A stretch of DNA of 64,000 nt from a virus. Taxonomy: Duplodnaviria > Heunggongvirae > Uroviricota > Caudoviricetes. Under the pieces are notes generated by a model, which worked only from the letters and a program-made list of their open reading frames with translations, was not told the origin of the DNA and made no database searches. The position numbers and the translations under genes are program-made. Shown here piece after piece: positions 45,423 to 53,266 of this stretch (position 1 is its first letter; every line of letters starts with the position of its first letter). The stretch lies in IMG/VR virus record IMGVR_UViG_3300028840_008157. One strand, written 5' to 3'.

Positions 45423-48400
45423 GTCCTACAGCGGCGAGAAGTCTTCCCACCTCAAGGAGGAGATGGACTCCCAGATCGGGCCCGGCGCCTATTGCCGGTG
45501 GGAGGGCCATGACCCCACCACGGGCAACGACTACTACGTCGTGGTCTCTCCTGGATTCTCCAAGAAGCGCGGGTTTCACTTCTTCGCGGGCTTGAGAAAA
45601 ATGCCCGCCGACCACGGCGCGAGCGGGAAGAAGTTCACGACCCAACGCGAGGCCATGTCCCACGCCAGGGAGACGTGGCAAGTACCGCCTCCTCGCGACA
45701 AGCCCCCGACCATGCAGGGGTACCGGGTCGAGGACATACAGAACGCCCCGATCCTCCGCGAGATCCAGCACAAGAGCCACGCGTCTTCCGAGATGACGAT
45801 GGAGAAGCTGGCGTCCCTGGCGGGCTCCGCCTCCGAGCAGCCGCATTCCGAGAGGCGCATAGGCTCCAGGATCACGGCCGACATACTCTGCTACGCCTAC
45901 GCGGCAGCCCCCGTCATCGGGTTCCTCCCGGCGATGTTCTCGAGACCCCGTTTCACGGTCGTCGACGTCGTCAACGTCCCGGACAACCACAAGGTTTTCA
46001 ACGAGTTCACCGGTCGCGTTGAGAAAGTATCGAAGGGAAAGGCCACGATGGCCCCGGCCGTCGCGACCTACCAGCCCCCCGGCGCGGACGAGTTCCAGAA
46101 GGCCGTCTACGGAGACGGAGTCGACATCCAGAACGAGCTCGTCAAGGTGTCCAACAAGGGGCAGACGATATCGAGGGTCGACGCGTTCGGTGACGCGCCC
46201 GGCAAGAACTACAGGCAACTGACGTGGGACATGCTCCGGATGAGCCCCACGGTGAGCATCTCCGCCAGGGACTTCATGGCCAACAAGGCGCAATGGAACG
46301 GCCTATGGAACAGGCTCAGGTCCAAGTACGACACGAAGAGGCCGGCGAGCCTATATTGCAACCTGACCAAGCCCCAGCAGAGGAAGGGCGAGATCGCCGA
46401 CTTCGAGTGCCCGGACCAGAAGGAGCAGACGGGCCTCACGACGAAGCGGAAGGAAATCCGCCCCAACATGAGGGCCGAGATATACGACGACGTGATCCGC
46501 GAGATCAAGTCGACCTTCCCCAACGCCAACATCGTCCTGAAGGACGCGACGCAGGGAAGGCTCCAGTACGTCAGGGAGGCGGAGGGCGACGAGTTCAACT
46601 GGAAGGAGAACTTCGGCGAGGTCATAAAGGTCACCGGATCCACGCTCCTGAGGTACGACGACGCCGGGTTGCCCCTCTGCATCGTTCCAGACGAGCGTTC
46701 CTACACGAAGATGGAGCAGGACACGTCCAGGAAGAAGAGCGAGTACATCGTCAAGGACCCGGCCGCGATGGTCCTCCCATACGCGAGCAACGAGCTGGAG
46801 CAGCTCGGAATCCTGCACGAGTACATGACGTTACTGAACTCCAAGCCGGAAAATCCTGCCGCGGAAAAGACGTGGTCTATCGGTCTACCGAGGATGTTCG
46901 AGGCGTTGCAGATGCCGGACGAGGCGGCGTGCCTCGAGCTGCTCAACGACCCGCAGCATTCCGAGGAGTGGAAGTCGCAAGCCCTTGGATACGTAAAGTC
47001 CCTCGGCCTTTCCTATGGGCCCGTCCCCGTCATCAAGGACAGCCTCCTGGCGCGAGTCCGAGCCGAGATCGCGTCAATGATGGAGAACCACGTCAACAGC
47101 ATCATTGGGCTGAAGGAGACCGGAGAGCTATACGAGCCCGAGCACGGGACGGTCATGAAGCAAGGCCTCGACGAGATCGTCTCGGCACGAACCTCCGGAA
47201 ACGGGCTTAGGATGAAGAAAGCCGCCGATTCCATGAGACATTCCCTCATGGGCTTCAAGTGGCTTGCCGCCACCGGAAACGTTCCCCTGTCCAACGACCA
47301 GTTCGTGCATAGCTACACGGCGGCCCCCGAGCTGATAGACCATCAGCCCGACGACGTTTTTCACATGGACGAGATGGGCATCTCCCCGTGGGCGACCATG
47401 GATTCGCCGACCGAAAAGGACCTTCGTCACGTCTCGAAGTCCTACGCGTTGCCTTGCGAGGCCGAGTTCCCGTCCTATGACACGGGTACCGAGCACGTAC
47501 GCGTGGGCCGGTGGTACGACGTCGAGAAGGGCCAATGGCACTTCGGAAGGCTGCCCGAGAACGTTCGCCCCGTGCAAGGAGCGTCTACCGGCCTGAAAGG
47601 CCTCCCGGCCATCATCAGGAACACGAACATGATGTTATCCAGGCCAGACGGAAGCCCCATGCAGATCGACACGGCCGAGGGCCGAAGGTACAGGACGTCG
47701 GCGGGACCGGAGGGCCCGGAGGCCATCATCGAGGGACACTACGACGCACTGGTCGCCCCGGAATACGCTTCCACCAAGAGGTCCGACGCTCCGATGGTAG
47801 AGAAGTCCATCGAGCGCGACGGCTTCATCCTGATGTGCGTCCCCACGGGGGCCTACGAGGCCTCTGCGACGGGCAAAGGAACGGCGCTCAGGCAATACAA
47901 AGAGAGGAACGTCATCGGTGCCGACCCCAAGAGAAGTCCCTCCCAGTACGACGTGAAGGACGAGAACGGCAACGAGATCAACGTCGCCGACCGGGCATTC
48001 AAGGTCAAGGGCAAGAATAACCTGTACTTCGAGGACAACGAAGCCGCCTTCCTGGTCCTCGCCAAGATAATTGGCAGGGACCCGCGAGACCTCGGCCCGC
48101 TGACCGTCCTCAACATGGACGACCAACGGATCATCGACGCCCATGTCCGGCAGGGCGTATACTACGCCAACTGCGTGGACGAGTTCAGGAAGCAGAGGGA
48201 GACCAACGAAGCCCAGTTCTTCGACGAGGCGGGCAACCTGATGCCCATCGCCGATGACGCCAACAAGGAGACGAGGGCTTACTACAAGATGGTCGAGGAC
48301 GGCATGGCCTTCGAGGCCAACCTCGACGAGAAGATGTACGAGTACGGGTCCACGTGCCGGAAATGCAGCAAGAGCAAGTCCGAGAACGTCGCGCTGCCAA

Positions 48401-49131
48401 TCCGCCAAGCCTACAACGAGGCCGTCAAGGAGGCCCTTGAGGATCCCTCCTCCGTGTTCAAGCGGAACGTCCGCGAGCTCTTCGGGATAGCGTACCTCGA
48501 CGATGGAGAGGAGCAAATCGCCCGCGACGAGAAGGGCGACGCTTTCGTGTTCGGGTCCGTCGAGGACGCCGAGGCGCACCTGGAGGCGTTCCGGAGCGAG
48601 CTATCCGACAACCTCGGGAAGCAGGTCGACGAGGTATACGTCAGGTCCCTCGGCGAGTTCGTCCTTCCCTACGCGAAGCATCAAGATCCGGAAGCCCCGC
48701 ACGTCGTCAACCAGGTTCGCTTCGAGGAGCACGTCCAGAAGACATGGGGCCCCGGCGGTCGCGGGCTGGCCCCCGGCGAGGAACTGCCCGGCGTGGAGAA
48801 GCCAAGAACCGAGTGGACCGAGGAGGAGAAAAAGCGGTTCGAGCGTCCTCCTGACGTGCCGCTCCCTGGACCCGGCGTTCGCGTCGAAGACCTCGAGAAA
48901 ATCCCCAGGAAATACTGGGCCGAGCCCGAGCAGCCGGCTACGGAACCACAACCCCCACAACCCCAGCCTGAAACCAAACCCCAACCCTCGGGACCATCAG
49001 CTCTGCGACCCATCAAGTCGTCCGTCATCGAAAGGCTGATCGCGCTCGCCGACAAGCTCGACTCCTCCGGTCGGGACGGCGAGGCCGACGCCGTGGACCG
49101 GGTGTTGAGGGCGACATGTCGAAACCAGTAA
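45382..49131 (+). CDS. very large hypothetical virion-associated protein
   Basis: 1249 aa; C-terminal LIALADKLDSSGRDGEADAVDRVL. Confidence 0.8.
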   Translation: MAIPIKERGIRWVESYSGEKSSHLKEEMDSQIGPGAYCRWEGHDPTTGNDYYVVVSPGFSKKRGFHFFAGLRKMPADHGASGKKFTTQREAMSHARETWQVPPPRDKPPTMQGYRVEDIQNAPILREIQHKSHASSEMTMEKLASLAGSASEQPHSERRIGSRITADILCYAYAAAPVIGFLPAMFSRPRFTVVDVVNVPDNHKVFNEFTGRVEKVSKGKATMAPAVATYQPPGADEFQKAVYGDGVDIQNELVKVSNKGQTISRVDAFGDAPGKNYRQLTWDMLRMSPTVSISARDFMANKAQWNGLWNRLRSKYDTKRPASLYCNLTKPQQRKGEIADFECPDQKEQTGLTTKRKEIRPNMRAEIYDDVIREIKSTFPNANIVLKDATQGRLQYVREAEGDEFNWKENFGEVIKVTGSTLLRYDDAGLPLCIVPDERSYTKMEQDTSRKKSEYIVKDPAAMVLPYASNELEQLGILHEYMTLLNSKPENPAAEKTWSIGLPRMFEALQMPDEAACLELLNDPQHSEEWKSQALGYVKSLGLSYGPVPVIKDSLLARVRAEIASMMENHVNSIIGLKETGELYEPEHGTVMKQGLDEIVSARTSGNGLRMKKAADSMRHSLMGFKWLAATGNVPLSNDQFVHSYTAAPELIDHQPDDVFHMDEMGISPWATMDSPTEKDLRHVSKSYALPCEAEFPSYDTGTEHVRVGRWYDVEKGQWHFGRLPENVRPVQGASTGLKGLPAIIRNTNMMLSRPDGSPMQIDTAEGRRYRTSAGPEGPEAIIEGHYDALVAPEYASTKRSDAPMVEKSIERDGFILMCVPTGAYEASATGKGTALRQYKERNVIGADPKRSPSQYDVKDENGNEINVADRAFKVKGKNNLYFEDNEAAFLVLAKIIGRDPRDLGPLTVLNMDDQRIIDAHVRQGVYYANCVDEFRKQRETNEAQFFDEAGNLMPIADDANKETRAYYKMVEDGMAFEANLDEKMYEYGSTCRKCSKSKSENVALPIRQAYNEAVKEALEDPSSVFKRNVRELFGIAYLDDGEEQIARDEKGDAFVFGSVEDAEAHLEAFRSELSDNLGKQVDEVYVRSLGEFVLPYAKHQDPEAPHVVNQVRFEEHVQKTWGPGGRGLAPGEELPGVEKPRTEWTEEEKKRFERPPDVPLPGPGVRVEDLEKIPRKYWAEPEQPATEPQPPQPQPETKPQPSGPSALRPIKSSVIERLIALADKLDSSGRDGEADAVDRVLRATCRNQ

Positions 49132-49571
49132 CGAAATACGAACCTGGGATCCAGGACTGGGACGCGCCCCCCTCCTCGGACGGGGACATATGCAACGTCG
49201 GGTTCGAGTGCGCCAAGAAGCTCTCGGAGATGACAGAGGAGGAGAAGGACGAGCTCTACCGTAAACACGTGGAGCATTGCAAGACGGTCGTCAGCAAGGA
49301 CGTCGTGGAGCTAACCCCGACCCAGGTGTTCGAGGAGCCTCCCAAGAAGAAGAAACGTCAAAAGGCCAAGAACGCCGAGATGACGATGGGCGGGACCGTC
49401 GTCCCTGGCGAGGATTTCGACCTTCTGGTCTCGCTCGTCGGGGAGCAGGAAGCCGAGCGTCTCGCCGGTCCAAGGCCAAGGCCGGTCGACGACGGGGAGG
49501 TCGAGAGGAAGGAGATGGCGTCGAAGACGGCGGCGGAACGGAACGCGCTGGCTCGCTTCCGATCCATATAG
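49116..49571 (+). CDS. hypothetical protein
   Basis: 151 aa, overlaps the upstream stop. Confidence 0.7.
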   Translation: MSKPVTKYEPGIQDWDAPPSSDGDICNVGFECAKKLSEMTEEEKDELYRKHVEHCKTVVSKDVVELTPTQVFEEPPKKKKRQKAKNAEMTMGGTVVPGEDFDLLVSLVGEQEAERLAGPRPRPVDDGEVERKEMASKTAAERNALARFRSI

Positions 49572-49641
49572 CAGGGATCCGGGACGGAAAGTCCTAAGTT
49601 ATCTAAGTGGAAGGCCACGATATCAGAGGGTCGCTACCGGG

Positions 49642-52600
49642 ATGCTCTTAAAATACCACAAGCCAGTGCGCGGCAAGATCATGGCGATCCTCCAAGCGCC
49701 CGGGCAACACGTCGTCGAGGTCCCGAAACCCAGGGAAGAGCCCGTCGGCCATGAGGTGAAGTACGCCGACGCCGTCGGACGCGAGATCAAGCAGGTCCTC
49801 GCCAGGAAGTTCGTGGGAGAGATCAAGCGTCGCGCCGACGGGACCGTCGACCTCGTCGCCGAGATGGCGAAACACCCGGAGGCGCTCTGGGTCAGGGTCA
49901 AGGCCATCGAGGCCGACGTCCCAAACGACAACGGCGACCTCTTCTCCGAGGACGAGATCTCCAAGTCCTACCAGACGTTCGAAGGCGTCCCCGTCTTCAC
50001 GAACCACGAGAACAACAAGGTCGAGGCCGCCAAGGGCAAGGTCGTCATGGCGGAGTGGGTGCCGGACGAGAAGTCCGTGTACTGCACGATGTTCATCGAT
50101 CGGGAAGCCTTCCCGACCCTTTGCCGCGCCATCGAGGAAGGCTACATCACGGACGTGTCGATGGGCACCCAGGTCGACTACTCCACGTGTAGCATCTGCG
50201 AAAACAAGGCGATCACGGCGGCCGACTACTGCGACCACGTCAAGACGATGAAGGGCCGCACGATCAACGGCAAGCAGGTGTTCGAGCGAAACTACGGCCT
50301 GAAGTTCATCGAGATCAGCGTCGTCACGGACGGTGCCTGCAAGGATTGCACGATCCGCGACGTTCTCGACCCCGAGGATTTCGTGGAGCAGGCCGGCGAG
50401 CTACAGAAGGCCGCCGAGTCCATGGAGCGCGTCGTCAAGACCGGGGACCGCGTCGAGCAGGACGACCTCGGGTCGCTCCTGTCCGGCATGAAGGATTTGG
50501 CGTCCTCGGAGCTCATGACGAAGGTCGCCGGCCAGGATGAGATCTCCAAGCTCAACCAGGCCATGGACTTGGTCCAGGACGTCGCCCAGACGATGCTGAG
50601 CCAGCGCCAGTACATCGACCTGGAATTCCTCGAGGACGTCGTCAAGGTCCTCGCCGACTTGCAACACGTCAACGACGAGCTCGTCGACCAGGGCTACGGC
50701 CGCGTCGGCGAGCCGCAGCAGCCAGGCGTGCCGCCGATGCCGGAGGCCCCCGGAGCGCCACCGATGCCAGGGCAGGAATCCGCCCCGGCCGCGCCGAACG
50801 AAACAATGGTACCCGCCCCGGGAGGGGTCGGGAAAGTCACGGAGCCCGCCATGGCGTCGAACGACAAGGAGACGCGCCTCTCGTCGTCTATAAAGGATTT
50901 GCACGAGAAAGCGCAGAAAATTTACGAAGAGGCTAGGGCCGAAGCGAGCTCTCGCGTCGGCGGCAATGGAGGCCAAGAGCCAGTGAATACCACCGAAAAG
51001 CGACAGGAAACCGTCAAGAAGCTCGCGCACGTCTGGAAGAACCCCTGCGTCAGGGGATTCAAGGCCGAGTTCTCCGAGGGCCCGTTGAAGATCATCATCG
51101 GGGACGAGGAGGTCTATGGAATGCGAGGCGCGCAGAAGATCGCTTCCCTCAAGATCGCCGATCTTGAAGATGACATCCGCGACGTCATCGACAAGGACCC
51201 CAAGTTCGCCGGGGCCGAGATGTTGACGGCCCTGAAGAAGCTCGCCGAGTCCGCCCCGAGCAACACGGCCGAGCAGCAATCGGACACCATGGAGGCGCAA
51301 CTGGAGAGCCAGCGCGTCCCGCTGCATCCCCGGACCGACGAGATCCGCCAGTCGATCACCGAGGACCAGCTCAGGGAGAAGCAGCGCGGGTACGACAAGC
51401 ACGCCCGGGACAACGACCCCCGCGACGTCATAACGGAGGCCCAGCTCCCCGACGAGCGCCAGGACGCCCCTCGCGACGAGGTCATGGAAGGGCAGCTCCG
51501 CGACAAGGGCATCGAGGGCAACCAGACGCCGGCCGACAGGGATTCCTACGCCGCCGGCGTGACCGACCAGAAGCAACAGATCACCGAACGACAGATCAAC
51601 GACTGGCGGGAGTCCGACGAGGCTCACCGCCCGGAAACCATCACGGAAGACCAGCTCAAGAGCGATCAGGGCGAGCCGTGGGGACGCCGCATCGCGTCGA
51701 AGGAGGACGCGAGGAAGGCGCTCGCCGCGGGGATGCAGGCGTTCGTCAGGACGGCGAAAGCCACTGGGGCGACCCCAGCCGAGATCGTCTCCTCCGTTTC
51801 GGAGTTCGTCGCCTCGCCGCGTAACGCGGTCAAGGCGACCAACTTCATCGAGGCCTCGAAAGTGGGCCAAGATGGACGCGAGACGATGCTCCGCAGGGCT
51901 GCGTTCCACGGGACGCCCCGCGACTCGTCCAGGCTTTCCGTGCAAAACTACCTGCTCGGCAGTCTTTCCGACGTCGGCCTCCGCGGCGAGGTCGGGCTGA
52001 AGATCGCCGAGACGATCTCCTCCCAGAAGGACGCCCCCGACAAGATCGCCGAGGCGGTCAAGGCTTGGAAATCCTCCGAAGAGGCGAAGGACGAGCCCAA
52101 CGCGGCGGAGTTCCTCCGCGAGGCGCTCGCCGAGGACTCCGAGGAGGTCGTGAAGGTCATCCTGGCGTCAAGCGACGTGAAGGGCGAAGGCGAGAAGTGG
52201 GTCGAGTCGGCCTACGACGCCGCCACGAAGATCGCCGCCAACCAGGGGATCGAGGTCTCCAAGCGAGTACAAGTCCAGAAGAAGGCCGACGGAAGCGTCG
52301 AGGTCAACCTCATGGGCCGCAAGGCTTCCGGCGACAAGAAGGTCAAGGTCGCCGAGAAGAAAGAGGCGGACCTGAAGGAGCGCAAGGAAGCCCGGCGCAA
52401 GGTCGCCCAGATGCCCGCGGGCGGGATGCCCGCTGGCCCGGACCCCATGGGAGCCCCAGGCGGGACGACGATGCCGATGCCGCCCGCGGCTGGCGACCCG
52501 ACGGCCGCCCCCCCGGTTAGCGCGCTCGGCGAGCCGCCCGAGGCCGGCCTGGAAGAGGAGCCGATGGAGGGCGAGGCGCTTCCGCCAGGAAGCATTTGCC

Positions 52601-53208
52601 CGGCCTGTGGTTCCGACGACGTCGACATGAAGGGCGGCGACTTCAACTGCAACCAGTGCGGCTCGACCGGACACATCACGGTCAAGATCGACATGGACAC
52701 GTGGCCCGGGTCGATCGAGGAGAAGAACCCGGCCGAGAAGGCCGAGATGGAGGAGGAGGGGCTCGGCGAGGAAGGCGGGGAGATACCGCCGGCCGGGCTG
52801 CCCCCCGTCGGGATCGCCGCTTCGTACAAGGTGACCCCGGAGATGGTCAAGAAGGCCGGCAGCGAGAAGTCGCCGATCGGACGGTTCTGCCCGCATTGCG
52901 GGTCGAGCAAGGTCAAGTTGGCCGCGAAGGCCGGTTCCGGGAACGGCACGTGCGAGTCCTGCAAGGGCGCGTACGGGTTCGACACCTTCGTCCAGGAAGG
53001 GACCAACGACATCTGGGCGAGGATCGAGTGGCAGGACCGAGGCCGAAAGTCGCGGTTCGCCGCCAAGCCCAAGGCGTGCAACCCCAAGAAGGCGAAGCTC
53101 GAGGCGGCCCTCAAGTCGAAGGGACTCGTGAAAAAGTTCGCCAGCGCCGACGTCGCCGGGAAGGCGAAGATCATCGCCGACCTGCACGACGAGGGGGTCC
53201 TTGCCTGA
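49642..53208 (+). CDS. prohead protease fused to scaffold-like repeats and Zn ribbons
   Basis: N.NGD.F..E, TF.G.PVF.NH, VSMG, CSIC..A..YCDH, F.EIS.V..GA; (I/M)TExQL repeats; four CxxC pairs at the C-terminus. Confidence 0.75.
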   Translation: MLLKYHKPVRGKIMAILQAPGQHVVEVPKPREEPVGHEVKYADAVGREIKQVLARKFVGEIKRRADGTVDLVAEMAKHPEALWVRVKAIEADVPNDNGDLFSEDEISKSYQTFEGVPVFTNHENNKVEAAKGKVVMAEWVPDEKSVYCTMFIDREAFPTLCRAIEEGYITDVSMGTQVDYSTCSICENKAITAADYCDHVKTMKGRTINGKQVFERNYGLKFIEISVVTDGACKDCTIRDVLDPEDFVEQAGELQKAAESMERVVKTGDRVEQDDLGSLLSGMKDLASSELMTKVAGQDEISKLNQAMDLVQDVAQTMLSQRQYIDLEFLEDVVKVLADLQHVNDELVDQGYGRVGEPQQPGVPPMPEAPGAPPMPGQESAPAAPNETMVPAPGGVGKVTEPAMASNDKETRLSSSIKDLHEKAQKIYEEARAEASSRVGGNGGQEPVNTTEKRQETVKKLAHVWKNPCVRGFKAEFSEGPLKIIIGDEEVYGMRGAQKIASLKIADLEDDIRDVIDKDPKFAGAEMLTALKKLAESAPSNTAEQQSDTMEAQLESQRVPLHPRTDEIRQSITEDQLREKQRGYDKHARDNDPRDVITEAQLPDERQDAPRDEVMEGQLRDKGIEGNQTPADRDSYAAGVTDQKQQITERQINDWRESDEAHRPETITEDQLKSDQGEPWGRRIASKEDARKALAAGMQAFVRTAKATGATPAEIVSSVSEFVASPRNAVKATNFIEASKVGQDGRETMLRRAAFHGTPRDSSRLSVQNYLLGSLSDVGLRGEVGLKIAETISSQKDAPDKIAEAVKAWKSSEEAKDEPNAAEFLREALAEDSEEVVKVILASSDVKGEGEKWVESAYDAATKIAANQGIEVSKRVQVQKKADGSVEVNLMGRKASGDKKVKVAEKKEADLKERKEARRKVAQMPAGGMPAGPDPMGAPGGTTMPMPPAAGDPTAAPPVSALGEPPEAGLEEEPMEGEALPPGSICPACGSDDVDMKGGDFNCNQCGSTGHITVKIDMDTWPGSIEEKNPAEKAEMEEEGLGEEGGEIPPAGLPPVGIAASYKVTPEMVKKAGSEKSPIGRFCPHCGSSKVKLAAKAGSGNGTCESCKGAYGFDTFVQEGTNDIWARIEWQDRGRKSRFAAKPKACNPKKAKLEAALKSKGLVKKFASADVAGKAKIIADLHDEGVLA

Positions 53209-53266
53209 ACAAGGGCTGAAACAAGGAACGATAGATCGAAACGTAACACGTAAAGGAGATTGGGAG

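Noticed and set aside
43715-45595. 626-aa Arg/Gly-rich alternative-frame ORF (also 10181-11587)
   Set aside because: Off-frame product of high-GC coding sequence overlapping well-supported genes.
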